Shown: positions 9,986-19,349, numbered from the stretch's first letter. The stretch is 64,000 nt of DNA from an uncultured Chloroflexia bacterium (GCA_963795645.1 CAWCIK010000008.1:157-64156), one strand, 5' to 3'. A program made the numbers and translations. The notes: generated by a model not told the origin, from the letters alone.

Positions 9986-10899
9986 CAGGCGATGACGTCC
10001 TCCTCGAGATATCGCGCGAACGAGCTGCCGGAGATGCGCTCGAAGGCCTCAACGTAGCGACTGCGCGTGCCGCTGACTACCTCATCCGGCAGGTCCGGCC
10101 CCGGATATGTCTTGCCCCAGTCGAGCGTCTCGAGGTAGTCGCGCACGTATTGCTTGTCGAACGAGTCCTGCGCGCGGCCCGGCTCGTAGGTCGAGGCGTC
10201 CCAGAAACGCGATGAATCGGGCGTCAGCACCTCGTCGATGAGGATCATCTCGCCCGACGGCACGATACCGAACTCGAACTTCGTGTCGGCCAGGATGATG
10301 CCCGCCGGCTCCGCGCGCGACGCGGCGAACTTGTACAGATCGAGCGCCTTGGTCCGGGCCTCCTCGGCGCGCCGGGCGCCCACGAGCCCGACCATCTCGT
10401 CGAACGAGATGTTCTGGTCATGGCCCACGTCGGCCTTGGTCGAGGGCGTGAAGATGGGCTCCGGCAGTCTGTCGCTCTCGCGCAGCCCCGCCGGCAGCGA
10501 GATGCCGCATACAGCGCCGGTGCGGCCGTAATCCTTCCAGCCACTGCCGGCGAGATAGCCGCGCACGATTAGCTCGACCGGCAACACCTCGGCGCGGCGG
10601 CAGATCATCGACCGGCCGCGCAGCTCAGCTGCCGCGGCGCCGTACTCGCCCGGCAGCGCGTCAACGTCTGTCGAGAGCAGGTGATTGGGCATGATCCCGG
10701 CCGCGGCCGTCTCGGCGAACCAGTGCCGCGATATGCCCGTCAGCACGCGGCCCTTGTCCGGGATGGGCGTCGGTAGCACTACATCGAAGGCGCTGATCCT
10801 GTCGCTCGCGACGAGCAGCAGCCGATCGTCGTCGAGCGCGAAGATGTCGCGCACCTTGCCCGAACGAACGAAACCGGGCACCAGTTCAGTGAGCGGCAT
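9985..10899 (-). CDS. purC: SAICAR synthetase
   Basis: ...GKVRDIF...LLLVASDRISAFD...ILADTKFEFG... is the long actinobacterial-type PurC. Confidence 0.95.
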   Translation of the reverse strand: MPLTELVPGFVRSGKVRDIFALDDDRLLLVASDRISAFDVVLPTPIPDKGRVLTGISRHWFAETAAAGIMPNHLLSTDVDALPGEYGAAAAELRGRSMICRRAEVLPVELIVRGYLAGSGWKDYGRTGAVCGISLPAGLRESDRLPEPIFTPSTKADVGHDQNISFDEMVGLVGARRAEEARTKALDLYKFAASRAEPAGIILADTKFEFGIVPSGEMILIDEVLTPDSSRFWDASTYEPGRAQDSFDKQYVRDYLETLDWGKTYPGPDLPDEVVSGTRSRYVEAFERISGSSFARYLEEDVIA

Positions 10900-12208
10900 G
10901 GGCGTGTTCCTCCAGTTGGTCCAAGCGGTCGATCAAAGTCTTGACGTGGGCGAGCAGACGCGTCTCGTCGAAGCAATAGGCGATCTGGTCGGCGCTGAGC
11001 ACGGACGTGACGGAATCATCGGCTTCGACCAGCTCGCGCAGCTGGCGTCGCTCGTCCGCAGCGCGCAGCGCGTCGCGCTGGACGATCGCGTAGGCGTCCT
11101 CGCGAGTCAGGCCGCCCTCTTCGACCAGCATCGTCAGCAGTCGGCTGGAGCCAAACAGGCCCAGGCCACGCTCGACGTTCTCGCGCATGCGTTCGGGCCG
11201 CACGACCAAGCCGTCGACGATGCGCCGGAAGCGCACGAGCATGTAGTGCAGCAGCGTCGTCGCTCCGGGCAGCGCCACGCGCTCCACGGACGAGTGCGAA
11301 ATGTCGCGCTCATGCCACAGCGCCTGATCCTCCATCCCGGCCACGGCAAAGCCGCGCAGCAGCCGCGCAAGGCCCGCGATGCGCTCCGACGTGATCGGGT
11401 TGCGCTTGTGGGGCATCGCGCTCGAACCCTTCTGGCCGGCGCGGAACGGCTCCTGCAGCTCGCCGATCTCGGTGTGCTGCAGGTTGCGGATCTCGGTCGC
11501 GAAGCGTTCCAATGAGCCGCCGGTGACGGCTATGGCGGCCAGGAATGCTGCGTGTCGGTCGCGCTGGACGATCTGGGTGCTGATCGGGTCGACGCCCAGG
11601 CCGAGCTCGGCCATCACCTCGGCCTCGATGTCCGGCGGCAGCTGGCTGTAGGTCCCGACCGCTCCGGACAGCTTCCCGACCGACAGGTCAGAAGCGGCCT
11701 GCCGCAGGCGGTCCTGATCGCGGCGCAGCTCGAACGCCCACGAGGCCAGCTTGAGCCCGAGCGTGATCGGCTCCGCGTGAACCGAGTGCGTCCGGCCCAT
11801 CATCACCGTCTCGGCATGCTCGCGTGCCTTGTCCACGAGCGCGGCCAGCAGCGCTGACATCTCGGCGAGCAGGGCGTCCGCTGCCGCGCGGCACTGGAGC
11901 GCCAGCGCCGTGTCGACCACGTCGCTCGAGGTCAGCCCGAAATGGATGAAGCGTCCCGAAGGCCCGACGGTCTCGGCGACCTGGCTGACGAAGGCGATGA
12001 CGTCGTGATCAGTCGTGGCTTCGAGCTCGGCGATGCGCGCGACGTCGATCCTGGCCCTGGACGCGACCTCGTCCGTGGTCCCGCCGGGGACGAGCCCGCG
12101 CGATTCCACTGCCCGCAGCGCCGCGATCTCCACGCGCAGCATGGACCCGAAGTGAGCCTCGTCGGTCCACAGCGCGCCCATGTCCGGCAGCGTGTAGCGC
12201 GGGATCAC
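10886..12208 (-). CDS. purB: Adenylosuccinate lyase
   Basis: ...IPRYTLPDMGALWTDE...GLTSSDVVDTA...GSSAMPHKRNPI... The track ORF extends to 12253. I prefer the GTG at 12208, which overlaps the purD stop (GTGA). Confidence 0.92.
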   Translation of the reverse strand: MIPRYTLPDMGALWTDEAHFGSMLRVEIAALRAVESRGLVPGGTTDEVASRARIDVARIAELEATTDHDVIAFVSQVAETVGPSGRFIHFGLTSSDVVDTALALQCRAAADALLAEMSALLAALVDKAREHAETVMMGRTHSVHAEPITLGLKLASWAFELRRDQDRLRQAASDLSVGKLSGAVGTYSQLPPDIEAEVMAELGLGVDPISTQIVQRDRHAAFLAAIAVTGGSLERFATEIRNLQHTEIGELQEPFRAGQKGSSAMPHKRNPITSERIAGLARLLRGFAVAGMEDQALWHERDISHSSVERVALPGATTLLHYMLVRFRRIVDGLVVRPERMRENVERGLGLFGSSRLLTMLVEEGGLTREDAYAIVQRDALRAADERRQLRELVEADDSVTSVLSADQIAYCFDETRLLAHVKTLIDRLDQLEEHAHAAH

Positions 12209-13494
12209 GCCACTGCCTCGACCAGCGGTCGGCCGATGTCGCGCCGATACCACTTGCCTTCGTATTCAATCCGCCGCGCTGCCTCGTAGGCCACGTCGGC
12301 GGCGGCAGCCACTGTCACGCCGCGGCCAACCACGGTTAGCACTCGACCGCCCGCGGTAATCAACTCGCCGCCGGCTCCGACCGCCACTCCGGCACCGAAC
12401 ACCAGCGCCCCGTGGCGCGCCGAATCGACGCCGCTGATCCGATCGCCCTTGCGCGATGTCTCCGGATAGCCTTGCGCGACAAGGCAGACCGACACCGTGG
12501 CGTCGCCCGAAGCGGGCAACACTCCGGTGGCTGACAGTCGGCCGCCCGCACACTCGAGCATCAGCTCGGTCAGCGGCACGTCAACGCGCGGCATGATCGC
12601 CTGGGTCTCAGGGTCGCCCAGGCGGACGTTGAACTCGAGCACGCGCGGCCCGTTCGGCGTCAGCATCAGGCCGCAGAACAGCGCTCCTCGGAAAGCAGTG
12701 CCGCGCGTCGCCATCTCCGCGAGGACCGGGGCAACGATCGTGCGCCCGAGCTCCGTCAAGGCCGCCTCATCGAGGTCGTGAATCGGCGAGTAGGCGCCCA
12801 TGCCGCCCGTGTTCGGACCAGTGTCGCCCTCTCCGGCACGCTTGTGGTCGCGTGCCGCCGGCAGAAGCGCGTAATGCTCGCCATCGCACAGTGCGAACAC
12901 GCTTGCCTCGGCCCCGTCCAGCCACTCCTCGATGACCACGGTGCGGCCGGCTTCGCCAAATCGTCCCTCGACGAGCGTCTCGCGAACAGCGCGCTCAATC
13001 GCGGCGCGGTCCTCGCACATCATGACGCCCTTGCCCGCGGCGAGGCCGTCTGCCTTGACCACCGCGCGACCCGGCAGCGTCGCCGCATACTCAAGCGCTG
13101 GGCCGACCTCCGCGAAGGCCCGGCCGCGGGCCATCGCGACACCGGCCGCGTCACACACCTCGCGCGCGAACGATTTGCTCGCTTCGAGTCGCGCGGCCGC
13201 GGCAGTGGGTCCGAAGCACGGGATGCCGGCCTCGCCGAGCCTATCGGCCAGGCCGGCGACGAGCGGATCCTCCGGCCCGACGACCACCAGGTCGATGTGC
13301 GAGCGTTCGGCCAGCTCGACGATGGCGCCTACATCCTCGCCGGACACCTCCGGATGCAGCTCCGCAACATCGGCCATGAGCGGGTTTCCGGACGCGGCGA
13401 GAACCTGAGCTACCCCTGGCTCAGCGGCCAGCTTCCAGGCCAGCGCGTGTTGTCGCGCTCCCGCACCCACGACAAGAACGCGCTGCCCGCTCAA
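12205..13494 (-). CDS. purD: Phosphoribosylamine-glycine ligase (GAR synthetase)
   Basis: RVLVVGAGARQHALAWKL...ATP-grasp...GPNTGGMGAYSP...LEFNVRLGDPETQ. Its TTG start overlaps the purA stop (TTGA). Confidence 0.95.
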   Translation of the reverse strand: MSGQRVLVVGAGARQHALAWKLAAEPGVAQVLAASGNPLMADVAELHPEVSGEDVGAIVELAERSHIDLVVVGPEDPLVAGLADRLGEAGIPCFGPTAAAARLEASKSFAREVCDAAGVAMARGRAFAEVGPALEYAATLPGRAVVKADGLAAGKGVMMCEDRAAIERAVRETLVEGRFGEAGRTVVIEEWLDGAEASVFALCDGEHYALLPAARDHKRAGEGDTGPNTGGMGAYSPIHDLDEAALTELGRTIVAPVLAEMATRGTAFRGALFCGLMLTPNGPRVLEFNVRLGDPETQAIMPRVDVPLTELMLECAGGRLSATGVLPASGDATVSVCLVAQGYPETSRKGDRISGVDSARHGALVFGAGVAVGAGGELITAGGRVLTVVGRGVTVAAAADVAYEAARRIEYEGKWYRRDIGRPLVEAVA

Positions 13495-14813
13495 CGGGCC
13501 CTGCCGACCGACATTGTCCGTGGCCCGTCCGCGACCGCGATCGTCTGCGTCCGTTCCGGGCCGACGCTGACGTGCGAGATGTGCGCTCCAGCGCGCTCCT
13601 CGATGGCCGAGATGTAGCGTCGCGCCGCCATCGGCAGCTCAGCCATGGTCCGGCACTCTCGAATGTCCTCGCTCCAGCCCTCGAATGTCTCGTACACCGG
13701 CGCGGCGCGCTCCAGCAGATTTGCCGGCAGCGGCCAATCGTCGGTCAGCCGATCGACGATGCGGTATCCGACGCAGGCCTTGACCTCGTCCAATCCGGAG
13801 AGGATGTCGAGCTTGTTGAGGACGATGCTGCTGACGCTGTTGACCTGGACCGAGTAGCGCAGCGGGACAAAATCGAGCCAGCCGCACCGCCGCCGGCGGC
13901 CCGTCGTCGTTCCGAATTCGCGGCCGCTCTCCACGAGATGCGCGCCGACCTCGTCGAACAGCTCCGTCGGGAGCGGGCCGGCGCCGACACGCGTCGCGTA
14001 AGCCTTGAGCACGCCCACGACCTGGGTTATCTGAAGCGGGCCTACTCCCCCGCCGGTGCAGGCACCGCCGGCGACGGGGCTGCTCGACGTGACATACGGA
14101 TAGGTGCCATGGTCGAGGTCCAGGAGCGTGCCCTGTGCGCCCTCCAGCAGGACCAGCTCTCCTCGCTCCAGTGCGTCCTGGACGATCTTTGTGGTGTCGG
14201 TGATCAGCGGCGCGAGGCGCTGTCCCCACGAGAGCGCGTCGCTCAAAAGCGAGTCGAGCTCGAACGCCGGCAGGCCGTAGGCACGCTCGAGCAGCGCATT
14301 CTTTTCGGCCAGCGCGATAGTCAGGCGCTCGCGCAGGAGGTCCGGATCGAGCAGGTCGCCCATCCTGAGACCCGTCCGCCAGGCACGATCGCCGTATGCG
14401 GGACCGATGCCGCGCTTGGTCGTGCCGATCATGTCGTCGCCCGCAGCGGCCTCGCGCGCGCCGTCGAGGGCCACGTGGTAGGGCATGATCACATGCGCCG
14501 CGGAGCTGACGCGCAGCTTGTCCATCGCCACGCCACGCTGCTCGAGGGCCGCTATCTCGTCGATCAGGGTGCGCGGGTTGACGACAACTCCAGGCCCGAT
14601 TATCGGCTGGATGTTGGCGTGCAATGCGCCGCTCGGCACGAGATGGAGCTTGAAGGTTTCGTCGCCGATGACCACGGTGTGGCCCGCGTTGTCACCGCCC
14701 TGGTAGCGCACGACGAGCGAGACATCGGCGGCGAGCAGGTCTGTGACCTTGCCCTTGCCTTCATCGCCCCACTGAAGCCCGCAGATGACTGTGGCCGGCA
14801 CGTCAGCGACCAC
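13491..14813 (-). CDS. purA: Adenylosuccinate synthetase
   Basis: ...GLQWGDEGKGKVTDLL...QGGDNAGHTV...GTTKRGIGPAY...TTGRRRRCGWLD... Confidence 0.95.
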   Translation of the reverse strand: MVADVPATVICGLQWGDEGKGKVTDLLAADVSLVVRYQGGDNAGHTVVIGDETFKLHLVPSGALHANIQPIIGPGVVVNPRTLIDEIAALEQRGVAMDKLRVSSAAHVIMPYHVALDGAREAAAGDDMIGTTKRGIGPAYGDRAWRTGLRMGDLLDPDLLRERLTIALAEKNALLERAYGLPAFELDSLLSDALSWGQRLAPLITDTTKIVQDALERGELVLLEGAQGTLLDLDHGTYPYVTSSSPVAGGACTGGGVGPLQITQVVGVLKAYATRVGAGPLPTELFDEVGAHLVESGREFGTTTGRRRRCGWLDFVPLRYSVQVNSVSSIVLNKLDILSGLDEVKACVGYRIVDRLTDDWPLPANLLERAAPVYETFEGWSEDIRECRTMAELPMAARRYISAIEERAGAHISHVSVGPERTQTIAVADGPRTMSVGRAR

Positions 14814-14934
14814 CCTGCGCGTTGGATAGAGTCCGGCCCGAGCCGCTCTCGGCGTCCGAGAGCCCTTGCTGGCTGCGTGCCGGCCTCACTGGACCGCCCG
14901 CTGCCTCCTCGGGCAACAACTCCTCCAAAGAACA

Positions 14935-14965
14935 GACGCGTCCCGATAACGGCTCCTGACGCGTC
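14935..14965 (-). promoter_or_regulatory. Hairpin plus T-tract in the purA 5' leader (possible attenuator or twin palindromic protein site)
   Basis: On the minus strand: gacgcgtc-aggagccgttatcgg-gacgcgtc followed by tgttcttt, about 120 nt upstream of the purA start. Each arm is itself a palindrome. No known riboswitch consensus recognised. Confidence 0.2.
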
Positions 14966-15094
14966 GAAGGCGGAAGTGTAGCAGCGCCGGGACTGCCGAT
15001 TTCGGGCCTCTCCACGCAACCGATCCGGCTACTCGCGCGTCATCTCGCGGCGCGCTAAAGTCCGCGCAATCCCACGCTGCGAGAGGTCAAGGCA

Positions 15095-16993
15095 TTGAGG
15101 GCGCTGCCAGGGAACTCTCGTTCTGAGCGACTCATGCGCGTTGTCGCGCGCTTGACCGTCGTCGCCGTGTTCGCCGGCACCATCTTCGGCGCCGGCGTTC
15201 TCGCAGGAGGACTCGGCGTGACGAGGGTCGATGCCGCCACCTGTACGCCGTTCATGCTCAAAGATCTGGATATCAACAACTCGAACTCGTACACGCGGAC
15301 CGACACCAAGAACGGCTCCGGTTTCACAATCACGATCTCGGTCCAGGAGCTCGACACAGCGTCGGCGAGCTATGTGACGTTCAGCAGCGCTACGTACAAA
15401 GTCAAGCAGCTTGCCGTGCACGATACGTACACAGGCAGCGGAACCCCCGCCTTGTACACGCTCACGCCGGCGAAGAAGAGCGATCCGACGCAACGTTCCG
15501 GACAGTCGGGCGGCAAGTACCGAATCGATTGGGTCGCGGTCTGCTACATCGTCCCACCACCGCCGACCCCAACGCCTACACCGACTCCGACCCCAACGCC
15601 GACGGCTACCCCCACCAAGACACCGACTCCCAGTCCCAGCCCGACTCCGACCCCGGCTCCGACCCCAACGCCGGCACCTTCTTCAAAGGGGGGCCCGACA
15701 CCGACTCCAACGCCTTCGCCCACCAAGTCGCCTACGTCATCGCCAACTGAGTCACTCGCGGCCCGTCCGACAGCCAAGTCCGCGCCGACGCCTTCACCTA
15801 CATTGAGTCCGACGGAAGCGCCGACGACTACCCCTGTCGTCACCCCGTCCTTCACGGCGACGCCGACGGCAAATCCGACGCCTGTCCCAACTCCGTTGCC
15901 TACCGCCGGTTCGCTGCCCAGCGCACAGCCATCGGCCAACCCAACGTCCGCACCAAGTCCGGGTGTCCCGCCTCAAGTCCCACCACTCCTCGGGGGCGGC
16001 CTGCCGCCGGGCTCATTCCCGACGGGCGTCCCGACCGTGGCCGACGTGAGCTTCGACGGCATCGCGGTCGGCCAGAGCGCCTTGCTGGCTCTCCTGTTCC
16101 TGCTCCTGGCGGCCTTCCCGGGGCAGCTCTTCAACAAGACCTATGAGGAGAACGAAGAGGAGATCCACGGCTGGCTCACACGTGGCGGAGCGGCCCTTGC
16201 AGGCGTCAGCTCCCTGTTGTCACGCTTCTGGAACCAGCGCATCGGCATCTTCACCTTCGTCATCCTCAGTGCCATTCTGTACGGCTTCCTGAGCCCATCG
16301 TTCGGCCTTGACGCGAACTCGGTCGCTTCGCTGATGGGCATCATCGGAGGGCTGTACCTGGTCATCCTGGCCTTCGAGCTCCCGATCAATCGCGCCCAGC
16401 GCCGACTGTTCAGAGACCCCGGCAAGGTGCGCGTGATACCGATGACGATCGTCATTGGCCTGCTGTGCGTCGTTGCTTCCCGGCTGACCGAATTCCAACC
16501 GGGCTATCTGTACGGCCTGGTCGCTGGCTACGTCTTCTCCCGCGAGCTGGACCTGCCGAATGAGGCGCGCGCGCACGTGTGGACGGGTGTCTGGATGCTC
16601 GTCCTCTCGCTCGCGGCCTGGCTGGCGATGCCGCTCGTCGACCAGACCTTCAGCGGTCAGACGCTGCTCGACGTGCTGTTCTCCAGCGCTCTCGCGACGA
16701 TAGTGGTTGCAGGACTCGAGGGCCTTCTGTTCGAGCTCCTTCCCCTGCGCTTCCTGCGCGGCGAACGCGTGTTCGCATGGCGCCGCAGCATCTGGGCCGT
16801 CCTGTTCCTCGTCACCGCCTTCCTGTTCGTCTGGATCATGGTTCAGCCAAGGGCGGGCTACCTGGGCTCGACACGCAACTCACCGCTCATCCCAGCAGTG
16901 ATCCTCTTCGTCGCGTTCGGCCTCTTTTCGGTCGGCTTCTGGGCATACTTCCGCTTCCGGCCCGCGGCCGAACGCCCCGTTGAAAACGCCTAG
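15095..16993 (+). CDS. Membrane protein: signal/anchor, small N-terminal domain, about 140-aa Pro/Thr/Ser linker, C-terminal polytopic domain (possibly the FGLLP-motif membrane protein family)
   Basis: 632-aa ORF. N-terminus ...VVARLTVVAVFAGTIFGAGVLAG; the linker is PPPPTPTPTPTPTPTPTATPTKTPTPSP... About 7 predicted helices follow, including ...LEGLLFELLPLRFLRGERVF. The start could instead be the ATG at 15134. Confidence 0.7.
   Translation: MRALPGNSRSERLMRVVARLTVVAVFAGTIFGAGVLAGGLGVTRVDAATCTPFMLKDLDINNSNSYTRTDTKNGSGFTITISVQELDTASASYVTFSSATYKVKQLAVHDTYTGSGTPALYTLTPAKKSDPTQRSGQSGGKYRIDWVAVCYIVPPPPTPTPTPTPTPTPTATPTKTPTPSPSPTPTPAPTPTPAPSSKGGPTPTPTPSPTKSPTSSPTESLAARPTAKSAPTPSPTLSPTEAPTTTPVVTPSFTATPTANPTPVPTPLPTAGSLPSAQPSANPTSAPSPGVPPQVPPLLGGGLPPGSFPTGVPTVADVSFDGIAVGQSALLALLFLLLAAFPGQLFNKTYEENEEEIHGWLTRGGAALAGVSSLLSRFWNQRIGIFTFVILSAILYGFLSPSFGLDANSVASLMGIIGGLYLVILAFELPINRAQRRLFRDPGKVRVIPMTIVIGLLCVVASRLTEFQPGYLYGLVAGYVFSRELDLPNEARAHVWTGVWMLVLSLAAWLAMPLVDQTFSGQTLLDVLFSSALATIVVAGLEGLLFELLPLRFLRGERVFAWRRSIWAVLFLVTAFLFVWIMVQPRAGYLGSTRNSPLIPAVILFVAFGLFSVGFWAYFRFRPAAERPVENA
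15554..15990 (+). repeat. In-frame low-complexity Pro/Thr/Ser/Ala coding repeat (linker of the 15095-16993 protein)
   Basis: Runs of ccNacN codons seen directly. The antisense G/V-rich ORF 15544-15939 is its shadow. Confidence 0.8.
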
Positions 16994-17195
16994 ACGATGG
17001 TCCGGGTTGCATGGAAAACGCGTGACACGCTAACCTGACGCCGGACTGAACCGTTCGGGATCGGTGCCCCAGCACCGGCCCGGCTACTTGACTGCCTGCC
17101 GAGCGCCCCAGCGCAGAGCGAGCATCGAGTCAAGCAAATGGCCGTGGATAGCGCGGCATCGCGCCCCAGCGCGAACCATATTTGGAGGGAAAGCC

Positions 17196-17684
17196 GTGGT
17201 TTTTGCGCGAGCCTTTGCGCGCCTCATGCTGCCGATGGCGGTAGTCGTCGGCCTGTTGCTGGCGAACGTCGCACCTGCAGCAGCAAGCACCCAGCCCAAG
17301 AGTCAATTCGGCGAGATCTTCGATCTCGCAAAGACCAAGCTCGGTGATCCGTGGGTCCATTACGCCAAGGGGCCGAACAAGTTCGATTGCGTTGGCTACG
17401 TCTGGTATGTCTTCCACCAGTACGACCTTCAGTCGCACATCGGCGGCTATCGTGGCGTCAAGGCCTACTACAACTGGTTCCGCGATCGCGGACTGGTCTC
17501 CAAGACCAATCCTCAGCCCGGTGACCTGGTCATCTGGGGCAAGTTCCAGCACGTCGGCATCTATGTCGGCGGGGGCAAGGCGATCAGCGCCCTGGTCAAT
17601 CCATGGGGCGTCAAGATCCACCCGGTCCAGGGCTGGCTGAACACGCCATTCAAGTATTACCTGCACACCCGCCTGAGCAGCTAG
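17196..17684 (+). CDS. Secreted NlpC/P60 (C40) cell-wall peptidase, paralog 1
   Basis: The GTG at 17196 is preceded by GGAGGG; signal peptide ...LLANVAPAAAS. The catalytic context is GPNKFDCVGYVWYVF...HVGIYVGGGKAISAL. The track ORF (from 17064) carries an implausible N-terminal extension. Confidence 0.85.
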   Translation: MVFARAFARLMLPMAVVVGLLLANVAPAAASTQPKSQFGEIFDLAKTKLGDPWVHYAKGPNKFDCVGYVWYVFHQYDLQSHIGGYRGVKAYYNWFRDRGLVSKTNPQPGDLVIWGKFQHVGIYVGGGKAISALVNPWGVKIHPVQGWLNTPFKYYLHTRLSS

Positions 17685-17716
17685 GCACCGGCGTGGCTAC
17701 GCCTCACGGAAGTTCC

Positions 17717-18208
17717 ATGAACCTGCGCAGAGCGCGGCGCCTCCTGCCGTTCGTGGCGCTGCTGATCGTGGCGGCCATCGGCCTGCCCGCACCGGTCGCC
17801 GCTTCGTCTGCCCCACAGACAGAGGCCGACCAGATCATCTCGGTCGCCAGCGCTCAGCTCGGTGACCGGTACTCGTTCGCGGCGACAGGCCCGAATACCT
17901 TCGACTGCTCCGGCTTTGTCTACTTCGTGTACAAGCAGGCCGGCCTGCTGGACAGGATCGGCGGCAAGCGGCGCACGGTCGCCGGGTACCACAAGTGGTT
18001 CACCAACCACGGCACGGTGTCCCACTCGCTCGCGGATGCCCAGCCTGGCGACGTACTCGTGTGGGGCAAGAACAAGCACACGGGCATCTATGTCGGCGGC
18101 GGCTACGCCATCAGCGCCTTGATCAACCCCTGGGGCGTCACGCGTCACAAGGTCAACTGGATCAACCTCAAGCTGACGTCGGTCTTGCACGTGAAGCTGA
18201 CGCGCTAG
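17717..18208 (+). CDS. Secreted NlpC/P60 (C40) cell-wall peptidase, paralog 2
   Basis: MNLRRARRLLPFVALLIVAAIGLPAPVAASS, then GPNTFDCSGFVYFVY...HTGIYVGGGYAISAL. It is collinear with paralog 1. Confidence 0.85.
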   Translation: MNLRRARRLLPFVALLIVAAIGLPAPVAASSAPQTEADQIISVASAQLGDRYSFAATGPNTFDCSGFVYFVYKQAGLLDRIGGKRRTVAGYHKWFTNHGTVSHSLADAQPGDVLVWGKNKHTGIYVGGGYAISALINPWGVTRHKVNWINLKLTSVLHVKLTR

Positions 18209-18421
18209 CGGGTTTCAGCCCCCGCAACTGACGGGGTCCAGGCTGCGACGGTAGTGGTTGGGCCCCGCAGACCGAGCCATTCTGGCGACCGCTTCATTGG
18301 GCAGCTCTTGATCATGCCCTTCGGCACTTGTCGATGCCCCGGGAAATGACTAGCACCGTTTCCGTACCGCGGGCGGTCAGATTGACGGGGCGCGCGAAGC
18401 AGGTTTGAAGGGAGGCGTCGG

Positions 18422-19012
18422 ATGATCGTCTCGCATTTCAAGGAGTCAACGCGACTTCGGGCCGCGACGACAACTGCAACTCTGGTTGCCGCGATACTGG
18501 TTGGCGCGTTGCCGGGTGTCGTCAGCGCGGACCAGGTCGATCACGGCAGCTCCGCCGAATGCCGTTATCAGACAGTCAGTACGGATAGTCACGGGACAAA
18601 TTGGTCCCTGCTGCGGCGCATCGTCGTGGCGCCCCCGACGCTGTACGGCGTCTGGTCGAATGCTTCCCAGCCAGTCGGCTGGCGCTTCGTCGTGTACCGG
18701 AGCTACCGGTATTGGGACGGCCGCCCCTGGAAGGCTTACTACTACAGTCCGCTCCAGCGCGGTACTGCGTCAGAGTCGCAAGCGGCTAACTTCACGCAGA
18801 TGTCGGTACGCATCGCGGCGCCGATCTCGCGCCGCCAGCTCAGCACGGCATATCGCGTCGAGGTGCGGATGCTTTGGTGGTATCCCGAGCAGTCGTTGCT
18901 CCACTCGAAGATCCGCTATCTCATACCGAACATGCGGGAGTTCTTCGATGGAGCGCAGTACAACGCCCTCGTCATGCCTTGCTATTACCGCGAGCCGAAC
19001 CCAATTGCATGA
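18422..19012 (+). CDS. Secreted hypothetical protein (196 aa, W/Y/R rich)
   Basis: GAAGGGAGG SD upstream and signal peptide ...LVAAILVGALPGVVSA. No family recognised. Lower GC than its neighbours. Confidence 0.6.
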   Translation: MIVSHFKESTRLRAATTTATLVAAILVGALPGVVSADQVDHGSSAECRYQTVSTDSHGTNWSLLRRIVVAPPTLYGVWSNASQPVGWRFVVYRSYRYWDGRPWKAYYYSPLQRGTASESQAANFTQMSVRIAAPISRRQLSTAYRVEVRMLWWYPEQSLLHSKIRYLIPNMREFFDGAQYNALVMPCYYREPNPIA

Positions 19013-19202
19013 GTCTCGAGGCCATCAAGAGCCCTCAGTAAGCACTCACCGACAGCGGACGCAGGAGGCTCGCAGGCATATTCATTTGCGGGCGATGCCG
19101 ATTTGGATTCACTGGAAGTTGACAAGGAAGTGCCTTCTCGACACCCAAGTGCGGCCTCGGAGGCCCCGTGCGGCCGCCTACTCGGGTGATATACCACCGG
19201 CG

Positions 19203-19349
19203 ATGCGCCCGTTTCCTACAACGCTGGTCACCGCCCGCCTTGGGGTTCTGGTTCTGCTTGGGGTCTTCGTCGTCTTGCCTTTGTTGCACGGTCCACAGAT
19301 CAACGTCTGCCTGGGGTGTCCGATCGTCGACCTCACCGGCCTCCCATAG
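19203..19349 (+). CDS. Possible 48-aa single-pass membrane peptide with a CLGC motif
   Basis: Own reading: MRPFPTTLVTARLGVLVLLGVFVVLPLLHGPQINVCLGCPIVDLTGLP. There is no clear SD, so this is speculative. Confidence 0.2.
   Translation: MRPFPTTLVTARLGVLVLLGVFVVLPLLHGPQINVCLGCPIVDLTGLP

Noticed and set aside
2116-14981. Many long plus-strand ORFs across the pur operon (e.g. 2116-3090, 3521-4483, 6688-7632, 7699-8760, 10685-11515, 13572-14981)
   Set aside because: They are antisense or out-of-frame shadows of well-supported minus-strand pur genes. Their translations are R/A/P/G-rich with no motifs, as expected from stop-poor high-GC DNA.
14814-15094. ZTP, purine or PRPP riboswitch upstream of purA
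   Set aside because: I could not find the conserved cores by eye (e.g. the CCGCCTGGGC-type pseudoknot partner of ZTP, or the purine three-way-junction loops). I kept only a low-confidence hairpin feature.
15544-15939. 131-aa Gly/Val-rich minus-strand ORF, and the similar 22581-22871 ORF
   Set aside because: These are reverse complements of Pro/Thr-rich linker coding sequence in supported plus-strand genes, so they are mirror-image low complexity and not genes.
15554-15990. Possible CRISPR or other non-coding repeat arrays (also 26663-26727 and 33581-33713)
   Set aside because: All three repeats are in frame inside supported genes and encode P/T/A/S linkers. There is no spacer-repeat periodicity and no cas genes nearby.
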